From an uncultured Phycisphaerales bacterium (GTDB lineage Bacteria; Planctomycetota; B15-G4): a stretch of 64,000 nucleotides of DNA. Shown here one piece after another: positions 9,161 to 17,258 of this stretch (positions are counted from its first letter, which is position 1; each line of letters opens with the position of its first letter). The position numbers were made by a program, and so were the translations under genes. The stretch covers positions 14,128 through 78,127 of the forward strand of contig CAZBBB010000003.1 of NCBI GenBank assembly GCA_964490005.1. The letters run 5' to 3'. The notes beneath the pieces were generated by a model that had not been told where the DNA came from, did no database searches, and saw only the letters and a list, made by a program, of their open reading frames with translations.

Positions 9161-9174
9161 CTGCATGAATGCAG
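9161..9174. promoter_or_regulatory. Inverted repeat CTGCAT-GA-ATGCAG just upstream of the likely GTG start of the second FG-GAP gene
   Basis: Read directly. Shares the TGCAT half-site with the palindromes at 3413-3449. Confidence 0.25.
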
Positions 9175-9189
9175 GGGCTTGAGGGACAA

Positions 9190-12100
9190 GTGCTTACGTA
9201 CAAGACCTGTTTGATCGCGCTGCTCGGCCTCGCATCTCTTGCGGCCAGTTCGGCGGCGCAGCCGTTGCTGCTCAAGGACCTGTCGGCGACCCGCGCTTGG
9301 CAAGGCTACGGCCCGCCCGGGTTCACCGGCACCGGCCTCCCGGGGTCTTCGAACCCCATCCCGATGGACCTCGGGCGAAGTTCGGCCATCGTCGACCTCG
9401 ACGGTGACGGCTTTGGCGACCTCGTCGTCGGAGCACCGCTGGTGCCGACGAATCCCGCCTCCCAGGTACTCGACGATGCCGGGCGAGTCTACGTGTACTT
9501 CGGAGGACCGGGCCTCGGCTTGCCGGGGACCGCCGGCACGTTCAGTTTTGCCGCCTTCCCGAACGGAGCCGCCATCGAGTTCGTCGGCGATCCGGGTGAT
9601 CGCATCGGGTCGTCGATCGCCGCCGCCGGTGACGTGAACGGCGACGGCCTGCAGGACGCGATCATCGGCGCACCGAATCACACGATGGGTGCTCGGGAAG
9701 CTGCAGGCGGCGCCTACCTGCTGCTCGGTCGAACGAACTTCAAGTCGCTTCCCAAGAAGATCGTGCTCTCGTCCTTCGCTGCGACGCCCGGCAACAAGGC
9801 GATGTTCATCCAGGGGGCGAGGTCGTTCGGCTTGTCGGGGTCCTCGGTCTCGGGAAACGTCGACGTGAACGGCGACGCGCTTCGGGATCTCGTCCTGGGT
9901 GCGCCGCTCGACTCGACCAATGGCCGCAGCCAGAACGGCACTGCGACGGTCCTGTACGGCCAGCCGGGTTTCGCCACCATGACCCTGCTCGATCTCGACA
10001 CGCAGGGGGCCGGACAGGTCACCGTGGTTCACGGCGCGACGGACTTCCAGTTCGTCGGTTTCTCCGTGAGCGGCATCGGCAAGTTCGACCCCGTCCTGCC
10101 GATGACGAACAACGCGCTGAGTCCGGTGCTGGGCGACGATGTCGCCATCGGCGCGCCGGGCACGACCGTGGGGACGAAGTTCTTCGCCGGTGCGGTGTAC
10201 GCGTTGCGCGGCACGAACGGCGGCGTGCCCGCTGCGTCCTACACAACCTCCGATTTCGGTACGGGGCCGTTCAAGGCAGGCGTGGTCTACACCGGCAAGG
10301 ATGCCGGGGATCAGGCGGGCTTCTTCGTGAATCGCGTGGGCAACCTGATCTTCGATGCGGACGGATACGAGGACTTCGCCATCACGTCCCCGTTCAGCGA
10401 TGGCGTCGGCAAGCCGAACAGCGGGTCGATCTACGTCGTGGGCGGGTCCGTCATCGGCATCCATCCCCAGGGATTCGACCTCGGCCTCCTCGGCCAGAAT
10501 CCCCCGACGCAGGTCGGCATCCACATCCAGGGCGCGGTCACCAATGGCGGCCAGCAGGGCGTCTACGTCGCGAATGCAGGCGACTGGAACGGGGACACCG
10601 TGCCCGACCTGCTCGTGGGCTTTCCGAACGTCACGCTGTCCGCGGGTACGGGGATCTTCGTCGGCGCAGGCAGGGCGCGCGTCCTGAACGGCCTGGCGAC
10701 ACTCTCCACGCTCGGCACCGTCAACCTGGGCTCGGTCGGCGAACCCTTCACGCTGATCTCCTTCTCGGGCGAAGCAACCGGCGACTATGCCGGACATGGA
10801 CTGGCGGTCGGTGATCTCAATGGCGACGGATCGCTCGATGTGCACATCGGCGCGCCCGGCGCGTCCTCGCCCGCCAATCCGCTCGATTTCTCGGGCGTCG
10901 CAAACCTGGAGACCGGCCGTTCGCACGTGGTCTACGGCCCATTGCTCCGCATCGACTCGATGACGCCGACGGCGACGCACTTCGGCGGCCCCAAGGTCAC
11001 GCTGACTGCGACGAATCTTCCGGCCGGCGCGACCCTCAAGGTCGAAGGCGTTCCGGCCGTGATCGACTCCCTCGTTCCGGGGACGCCCGGAACGCTGCAG
11101 TTCACGCCCCCGAAACTCGTTCCGCCAGGCGTTCCGGCCGACATCGCGCTGACGACCACGAACGGAAACGTGAACTACAAGGACTTCCTCACGTACAACC
11201 CGCTCTCGATTTCGTCAGGACCCAATCCGCCGACGGGATTCGAGTTCAATCCGGCCAGCTTCACCGGCAACGGCTTCTCCACGATCGCCGACACGACCGT
11301 CACGATCGGCGGATTCCCGGCCGCCGTCACGGCCATCGACGGCCTCGCGGGCACGATGTCGATCACGTTGCCGGACGGCCCTCCGGGCAATGTTCCGCTC
11401 GACGTCGTGATCACGAACGGCAACGGATCCGTGACGCTGACCGGGGCCATGACGTACTTGCCGCTCGTCGTCAAGTCGATCGTGCCGAACTCGGGCAAGC
11501 AAACGTCGGGGATCTTCGTGCCCGGTGCGGTGCCCTTTGCGGGCGAACCGGTGCAGCAGGTCGCCGTGACGGTCCAGGCCTCGGGCGCGCTGCCCCCCGA
11601 TCTCGTGATCGCCTTCGGGACGGACGCGCTCGGCTACCGTCCGGCCGTCATCCAGTCGATCGTGGGCGACGTCGTCACGGTGGACGTGCCGTACTTCCTG
11701 CTGGGCCCGCAGAACGTGGTCGTGAACATTCGGGCCGGCTCGATCAGTTCCACCGACGTCGGCATTCTCGAGAGCGCGTTCACGTATCAGGCGAGCGACT
11801 TCACGGAGCTGAGCTCGTACCAGAAGCCGGGTCTCGATCCGCTCAAGCCGCCAGTGGCCCTCATGAGCGGTCAATTCACGAATGGCGGCCAGGTCCTGCT
11901 GCTGATCGGCAATCTCGCGGGAGCGCAGTCCCTCGGCGCCGTCATGTTCCTCGGAGTGGCCCTGGCCAACCCGCCGCTGCCGCTGCACGGCGGACTGTTC
12001 GGCATCAGTCTCACGAATCAGGTCTTCAGCTTCAGCCTCCCGGGCGGCGTTCCCGCCATCGCCATCTCCACGGCGATGCCGAACAACATGCCCGCGAGCG

Positions 12101-12204
12101 CGAACGGACTTCCGCTCTACATCCAGGTGCTCACCAAGGAGAAGCTCGGCGCCGTGACCGAGTTCGGCCTGAGCAATGTGCTGGTGATGACGATCCGGAT
12201 CTGA
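9190..12204 (+). CDS. Secreted FG-GAP (7-blade) plus IPT/TIG-repeat protein, with a C-terminal domain related to that of 3635..5713
   Basis: Track ORF 9169..12204. I prefer GTG 9190 (GAGG 5 nt upstream), which gives signal peptide (M)LTYKTCLIALLGLASLAASSAAQ; ATG 9169 is the alternative. Blades: DLDGDGFGD, DVNGDGLQD, DVNGDALRD, GDDVAIGAP, DADGYEDF, DWNGDTVPD, DLNGDGSLD. They are followed by about five IPT/TIG-like repeats (ITGFxPxxG-type strands). Confidence 0.85.
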   Translation: MLTYKTCLIALLGLASLAASSAAQPLLLKDLSATRAWQGYGPPGFTGTGLPGSSNPIPMDLGRSSAIVDLDGDGFGDLVVGAPLVPTNPASQVLDDAGRVYVYFGGPGLGLPGTAGTFSFAAFPNGAAIEFVGDPGDRIGSSIAAAGDVNGDGLQDAIIGAPNHTMGAREAAGGAYLLLGRTNFKSLPKKIVLSSFAATPGNKAMFIQGARSFGLSGSSVSGNVDVNGDALRDLVLGAPLDSTNGRSQNGTATVLYGQPGFATMTLLDLDTQGAGQVTVVHGATDFQFVGFSVSGIGKFDPVLPMTNNALSPVLGDDVAIGAPGTTVGTKFFAGAVYALRGTNGGVPAASYTTSDFGTGPFKAGVVYTGKDAGDQAGFFVNRVGNLIFDADGYEDFAITSPFSDGVGKPNSGSIYVVGGSVIGIHPQGFDLGLLGQNPPTQVGIHIQGAVTNGGQQGVYVANAGDWNGDTVPDLLVGFPNVTLSAGTGIFVGAGRARVLNGLATLSTLGTVNLGSVGEPFTLISFSGEATGDYAGHGLAVGDLNGDGSLDVHIGAPGASSPANPLDFSGVANLETGRSHVVYGPLLRIDSMTPTATHFGGPKVTLTATNLPAGATLKVEGVPAVIDSLVPGTPGTLQFTPPKLVPPGVPADIALTTTNGNVNYKDFLTYNPLSISSGPNPPTGFEFNPASFTGNGFSTIADTTVTIGGFPAAVTAIDGLAGTMSITLPDGPPGNVPLDVVITNGNGSVTLTGAMTYLPLVVKSIVPNSGKQTSGIFVPGAVPFAGEPVQQVAVTVQASGALPPDLVIAFGTDALGYRPAVIQSIVGDVVTVDVPYFLLGPQNVVVNIRAGSISSTDVGILESAFTYQASDFTELSSYQKPGLDPLKPPVALMSGQFTNGGQVLLLIGNLAGAQSLGAVMFLGVALANPPLPLHGGLFGISLTNQVFSFSLPGGVPAIAISTAMPNNMPASANGLPLYIQVLTKEKLGAVTEFGLSNVLVMTIRI

Positions 12205-12250
12205 GGGCGCGCCGCGGGCCGCGCTCGCACGACGCAGCCGTCGGAGACTT

Positions 12251-12922
12251 TCAGGAAGCGACGCGATCGAGAATGTCGGCGAGCGCCCGTCGGCCGCCGC
12301 CCGCCGAGTCGGCGCGCAGGCCGTAGAGGTAGTGCAACGCCTGCGCCGTGACGCGCGCGATGCTCGCCCCGAGCACGACCGGGTCCGTCCGTCCGGGAAC
12401 ATCGACCTCGACCTCGACCCGCGCGCCTTCGGGGAACCAGCCGCGGTCGTTGCGGATGACGCGTACTCCCAGCCCGCTCGGCGAGATGTCCACGAGGCGC
12501 CCTGGAACCTGTTCCCGCTCGCCGCGGATCGTCACCGCCAGCCGCACGCGCAGGCCCGGCAGGGAGCGACGGTCACCCCGGCGACGCTGGCAGGGGGCGA
12601 CGAGCGACGGCGGGTCGAGCACGACAAGAGCGCTCGTGGCACGATCCCGGTACGGCGACCACTGGTGGATCGAGGTCAGGAACGTGTGCACGGAGCCCTC
12701 GGCGTCCGTGAAGAAGCCGCGTACGGCCGCGCCCGTGCGCATGACACCGACGAATCCCTCCGGCAGAGACGTCGTGACGTGGATGCGTGCCTTGGGGTCG
12801 GCCGGCAGGAGACGACCCGTGCACTGCACGATCTCGCCGTTGACGAGGATCCACAACTCGAGCGGGTGCCTGGCCTCGCAGGCCGAGGAGAGTGGCTGAG
12901 GCAGCAGGTGCGTGGCGCCCAT
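12251..12922 (-). CDS. PilZ domain protein (c-di-GMP receptor-like)
   Basis: 223 aa. RRxxxR (QRRRGDRRS) and DxSxxG (DISPSGLG) motifs in the C-terminal half. The N-terminal half is unassigned. Confidence 0.65.
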   Translation of the reverse strand: MGATHLLPQPLSSACEARHPLELWILVNGEIVQCTGRLLPADPKARIHVTTSLPEGFVGVMRTGAAVRGFFTDAEGSVHTFLTSIHQWSPYRDRATSALVVLDPPSLVAPCQRRRGDRRSLPGLRVRLAVTIRGEREQVPGRLVDISPSGLGVRVIRNDRGWFPEGARVEVEVDVPGRTDPVVLGASIARVTAQALHYLYGLRADSAGGGRRALADILDRVAS

Positions 12923-12947
12923 GCCCGTCCTGATCGGCTGCGCGGCT

Positions 12948-13982
12948 TCAGGAAGTTGAGGCGCGGCCCTGAAGTGCTTCCAGGCCCTTCTCGAACGCGC
13001 CTTCGGGCGCGGGCTCGAGGATCTCGAGCGCCCCGGGGGCTTTCACGGCGATCAGCACCGGCGCTCCGCGGGTGCGTTTCTTGTCGCGGCGCAGCCGGTC
13101 GCCGAGGCCGCGCAGATCGACGGACCAGGCGACCGGCAGTTCCCAAGCCTCCAGTGCGGCGCGCAGCCGGCCCTCGAGCCCTTCGGGCGCGCCCGGCAGG
13201 TGGCTGCCCAGGCGCGCCGCGCACAGCAGACCGAGGCCCACCGCCTCACCGTGGAGCAGATCCGGAGCGGCCGCCGACTCGAGCGCGTGGCCGAACGTGT
13301 GGCCCAGATTGAGCAGTCGGCGCGCGCCGCGGTCGTACGGATCGCGCGCGACGAGATCCGCCTTGACCGCCAGGCAGTCGCGGATCATGTCGATGGCATC
13401 GTCGCGTGCCGCCTTGAGTGCGGCGCGTGGAATTCGCTCGACCCGCGCGAGCAGGGGCTCTCCGGAAATCAGCGCGGTCTTGAGGACTTCAGCCATGCCC
13501 GCCGCGAGTTCCCGACGCGGCAGCGTCGCCAGCAGCGTCGGGTCGGCGAGCAGCCGGGCAGGCGCGTGGAACGTTCCGATGGAGTTCTTCCCCCGGCCGT
13601 GGTTGACGGCGGTCTTGCCGCCGAGCGCGGCGTCGACCTGTCCGACGAGCGTCGTCGGGACCGCCGTCCACTCCAGCCCGCGTCGATGGAGACTCGCCGC
13701 GAGTCCTCCGAGATCCGTGACGACCCCGCCACCGATCGCGAGCAGCTCACCGTCGCGGTCGATGCCGGCAGCGTCGAGCGCGAGCAGCAACTCGCCGAGC
13801 TGCGTCCAGTTCTTGCGGGCCTCCCCCGGCGCCAGCACCAGATGGGGGTGGCGCATGAGGCGCGGGGGCAGCAGCGGCGCCACGTGCGCGTCCGTGAGGA
13901 CGAAGGTTCCGCCCGCGGCCGCGGGCGCGTCCGCCAACCCGGCCAGCAGGCCGCGATCGACGCTGACCTGCGTGCCGTTCAC
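12948..13982 (-). CDS. aroB: 3-dehydroquinate synthase
   Basis: GTG 13982 (GTGA overlap with the upstream stop), in frame with track ORF 12948..14849. Motifs: ...LLAIGGGVVTDLGGLAA...VPTTLVGQVDAALGGKTAVN...LNLGHTFGHALE.... Confidence 0.9.
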   Translation of the reverse strand: MNGTQVSVDRGLLAGLADAPAAAGGTFVLTDAHVAPLLPPRLMRHPHLVLAPGEARKNWTQLGELLLALDAAGIDRDGELLAIGGGVVTDLGGLAASLHRRGLEWTAVPTTLVGQVDAALGGKTAVNHGRGKNSIGTFHAPARLLADPTLLATLPRRELAAGMAEVLKTALISGEPLLARVERIPRAALKAARDDAIDMIRDCLAVKADLVARDPYDRGARRLLNLGHTFGHALESAAAPDLLHGEAVGLGLLCAARLGSHLPGAPEGLEGRLRAALEAWELPVAWSVDLRGLGDRLRRDKKRTRGAPVLIAVKAPGALEILEPAPEGAFEKGLEALQGRASTS

Positions 13983-15337
13983 GCCGGCGACGAGCCGGTG
14001 GCGTCGCCGTGTTCCGAGTCCGGTCGGGCGCCTTGCGCGAGCCGCCGCTGGCGCGCGAGCCGTGCCTGCCGCGCGGCGACGGCGGATGCGCGATCCCTTC
14101 GTGCCGCCCACGCGAGCAGGCCGGCAACGACGACGACGAGTCCGATGGTGACCTTGATGAGCAGGGACGGCAGCACGCTCGGGGGCGCGTGGTAGATCGT
14201 CATGCGTCGGGCGGCGACGACGGCGGCGGTGTGCGGCTGGCCGGAGCGATTCTCGTACGAGTAGCGGCGGAAGTAGACGCCGTCCACGTCGAGCACGGTG
14301 CGGCGCAAGACGGCGTCCGCGGGCGGCGGGTCGAACGACCAGACGAGCGCCGTCCCGCGGTTGCTCGTCAGCCAGATCCTCCAGATGAACGGGACCTCCA
14401 ACGGGTTCTCGCCGCGCGGCCCGAGCGGCAATTGGTCGGCCCAGGCCAGCAGGCCCGAGACGCGCACGACCTGCCCGCGATACGCCTCGGTGTGCTGCAT
14501 GAGCTGCACGGCGGTGATCTCGGCGGGCGGCGCGCCGCCTGGGAGGAAATCCTCGTCCGGGGCGTGCCGCACGTAGGAGAGGACGTCGTAGAACTCGGGG
14601 CTCTCGAGCGGCTGGCTGGCCTGAGTCAGATCGTGATCCCGGACGCGCGCGAGCGCCCCGGGGCCCAGTTCGGTGACGGGCGCGATCGGCCAGCTCGATC
14701 TCAGCAGTTCCTCCGCGATGACGATCGGACCGACGGCGAAGGTTCGATCGGGGCGCAGCATCTCGTGCTGCTTCAAGTAGAAGCCGGCCAGGCGGACGAC
14801 ATCGCCCGGACGGCAGTCGTCCGGCTCGGTGACGACGAGATACGTCCATGAGTTTCCGGAGGCGTCGCGCACTTCGCCGCGCCCGGCGGCGCCCGGGGGG
14901 CCGCCGGCCTCGTGCCAGACGAGTTCGCCGCGCACCCAGACCGGCTGCCCGCGTCGCGCCGCGCTCTCGACGGCCAGCGTCTCGGCGGACAGCGGCTCCG
15001 CACCGAGCACCTCCAGATCGCCGTAGACCAGCAACGCGGCCTGATCGAGCAGGTGGCGCGTCGGTCCGGGCTCCAGCACGACACGATCCTCGCGCCGCTC
15101 GTCGCTCACGGACGCGAGTTGCGTCGCGTCGACGCGAGCGAGCGGCGCGACGATCCGCGGCTCCTCGGGTGGCGGCACGTCGTCCTGGCCGGAGTCGGGA
15201 TCGACCTGCCGATCCATGTTCAGGATCAGGATCACGAGCAGCGCCACGAGGGCGACGCTGTAGACGACCAGGCGGCGCAAGGCGTGGCTGCCGGACTTGC
15301 CTTCGAGGGCCGAGCGGCGGATGCGCTCCTTGTCCAT
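13979..15337 (-). CDS. Hypothetical bitopic/double-anchored membrane protein
   Basis: ATG 15337, in frame with track ORF 13979..15568. MDKERIRRSALEGKSGSHALRRLVVYSVALVALLVILIL (N-terminal TM) ... a ~350-aa domain ... LLIKVTIGLVVVVAGLLAWAA (C-terminal TM). I recognise no family motif. Confidence 0.6.
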   Translation of the reverse strand: MDKERIRRSALEGKSGSHALRRLVVYSVALVALLVILILNMDRQVDPDSGQDDVPPPEEPRIVAPLARVDATQLASVSDERREDRVVLEPGPTRHLLDQAALLVYGDLEVLGAEPLSAETLAVESAARRGQPVWVRGELVWHEAGGPPGAAGRGEVRDASGNSWTYLVVTEPDDCRPGDVVRLAGFYLKQHEMLRPDRTFAVGPIVIAEELLRSSWPIAPVTELGPGALARVRDHDLTQASQPLESPEFYDVLSYVRHAPDEDFLPGGAPPAEITAVQLMQHTEAYRGQVVRVSGLLAWADQLPLGPRGENPLEVPFIWRIWLTSNRGTALVWSFDPPPADAVLRRTVLDVDGVYFRRYSYENRSGQPHTAAVVAARRMTIYHAPPSVLPSLLIKVTIGLVVVVAGLLAWAARRDRASAVAARQARLARQRRLAQGARPDSEHGDATGSSPA

Positions 15338-16029
15338 CAGCTCACGCCCGTCGCGGCGCGCACGAGCGCCTCGAAGAGGCGCTGCTGGCGCGGATCGCCC
15401 TCCATGCGCTCGGGGTGCCACTGCACGCCCACGAGGAACGGCACGCCGTCGGCCTCCCAGGCTTCGATGATGCCGTCCTCCGCGACCGCGACCGCCCGCA
15501 GGCCGCGACCGAGCGCGTTCACGGCCTGGTGGTGCTCGGTGTTCACCAGGAGCTCGCGTCCGAGCCATTCGCCGATCTTCGAGCCCTCGGCGACCGTGAT
15601 CGCATGCCGTCGCAGGAAGGTCGGGTCCTTGTGGTCGAGCGCGCCACCGAGATCGGGGATGTGCTGATGCAGGCTTCCCCCGGCCGCGACGTTCAGCGTC
15701 TGCATGCCGCCGCAGACGCCGAGCGCGGGAGCGCCGCGGTCGAGCGCCGCGTGCGCGAGCAGCAGTTCGGTCGTCGCCCGCGCCGGGTGCATGAGTCGTG
15801 CGGACGGATGCAGCGCCTCACCCCAGAGCGCCGGGTCGAGGTCGTCGCTCCCCGAGAAGACGATGCCGTCGAGGCGCGAGAGCAGCGTGCTCGCCTCGCG
15901 TGCATCGCTCACGAACGGGAGCGGCACGGGGAGCCCGCCGGCCCGCAGGATGGCTCGGGCATAGGCGGGTTTGACGTCGGGGCGGCCCTCGGCGTCGGAC
16001 GTGCTCGTCACACCGATGAAGGGGCGCAT
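15337..16029 (-). CDS. Gamma-glutamyl-GABA hydrolase-like class I glutamine amidotransferase (peptidase C26)
   Basis: 230 aa: ...LDGIVFSGSDDLDP...PALGVCGGMQTLNVAAGG...FLVGVQWHPE.... Cys-His-Glu triad context. Confidence 0.85.
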   Translation of the reverse strand: MRPFIGVTSTSDAEGRPDVKPAYARAILRAGGLPVPLPFVSDAREASTLLSRLDGIVFSGSDDLDPALWGEALHPSARLMHPARATTELLLAHAALDRGAPALGVCGGMQTLNVAAGGSLHQHIPDLGGALDHKDPTFLRRHAITVAEGSKIGEWLGRELLVNTEHHQAVNALGRGLRAVAVAEDGIIEAWEADGVPFLVGVQWHPERMEGDPRQQRLFEALVRAATGVS

Positions 16030-16043
16030 GCGGGCCGATTATA

Positions 16044-17258
16044 GTGGTCGCCATGACCGCGGCGACAACGGCATCGCGCCTCGACGCGCTGCTTGCCGGC
16101 CTCATCGATCTCGAGCGCTCGCGTGCCTTTCACGAGGGACGCATCGCGCTGCAGCCGGGCCGCATGCAGGCGCTCCTGGACGCGCTGCCCGATCTGCCCG
16201 AGCCGCGAGTCGGCGTGCACGTCGCGGGCAGCGAGGGCAAGACGAGCACGACCGAACTCATCGCCGCCGGGCTTCGCGCCCACGGCCTGCGGACCGCGAC
16301 CTACACCTCGCCGCACCTGCGCGACGTCCGCGAGCGATTGCGCATCGACGGAGAGTTCCCTCCCGACGCGCTCCTCGAAGAAGCCACGGCGCGGGTCGAG
16401 GCGGCGGTGAGGCGAGCGGGCCTCCAGCCGAGCTACTTCGAGTTCGTGACCGCGCTCGCGCGCTGCCTCTACGCACTCGCTTCCGTCGACTCCGTCGTCT
16501 GGGAGACGGGCCTGGGGGGGCGTCTCGATGCGACGCGCCTCATGCCCGCTCGGCTCGCCGTGATCACTACCATCAGTCTCGAGCATGTCGCCATCCTGGG
16601 GAATTCCCTGGCGGCCATCGCGCGCGAGAAGGCCGGCATCGTGCGCCCGGGCCGGCCGGTCGTGCTTGGCGCCGGGATTCCGGGCGAGGCCCTCGACGAG
16701 ATCGTGCGCATCGCCGGAGAACTCGCGGCTCCCGTCCTCATGGCGCCGAGCGGCGGGCCCTCCGCCGCGTCCCGCAACGTCTCGCTCGCTCGCCGGGCGC
16801 TGCAGGCCCTCTCAGCGGAGGGCGCACTGCCGCCCCACGGGCCCCGGATCGACGAGGCGCTCGCGGTCCATCGCGTCGAAGGCCGACTCGAGCGGCGCGG
16901 GCGCGTGCTGTTCGACGGCGCTCACACCGTCGCCGCGATGGGGCTCCTCGCCCGGTCGCTCGCCGCGGAGCCGCTCGGTGCCGTCGTGTTCGGCGCGACG
17001 AGCGGGCGCGATCCGGCCGCAATGCTCGCGCCGCTCGAGGCGCTCGGCGTACCCGTCTGGCTCACGCTCGCCCCCGGAGGACGCGGCATCGCCTGCGAAG
17101 TGCTGCAGGCGGCGCTCGCGCCCGGAGTCGTCGCGCACGTGGTCCCCGATCCGCCTGCGGCGCTCTCGGCCGCGCTCGAGGCGGCGCGCGACCGTACCGT
17201 GCTCGTCACCGGCTCGCTGCATCTCGTCGGCAGCCTGCTGTCCAGGCTTTCGTGCTGA
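16044..17258 (+). CDS. folC: Dihydrofolate synthase / folylpolyglutamate synthase
   Basis: 404 aa: ...VHVAGSEGKTSTTELIAAGL...YTSPHLRDVRERL...LDATR...ISLEHVAILG.... Confidence 0.85.
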   Translation: MVAMTAATTASRLDALLAGLIDLERSRAFHEGRIALQPGRMQALLDALPDLPEPRVGVHVAGSEGKTSTTELIAAGLRAHGLRTATYTSPHLRDVRERLRIDGEFPPDALLEEATARVEAAVRRAGLQPSYFEFVTALARCLYALASVDSVVWETGLGGRLDATRLMPARLAVITTISLEHVAILGNSLAAIAREKAGIVRPGRPVVLGAGIPGEALDEIVRIAGELAAPVLMAPSGGPSAASRNVSLARRALQALSAEGALPPHGPRIDEALAVHRVEGRLERRGRVLFDGAHTVAAMGLLARSLAAEPLGAVVFGATSGRDPAAMLAPLEALGVPVWLTLAPGGRGIACEVLQAALAPGVVAHVVPDPPAALSAALEAARDRTVLVTGSLHLVGSLLSRLSC

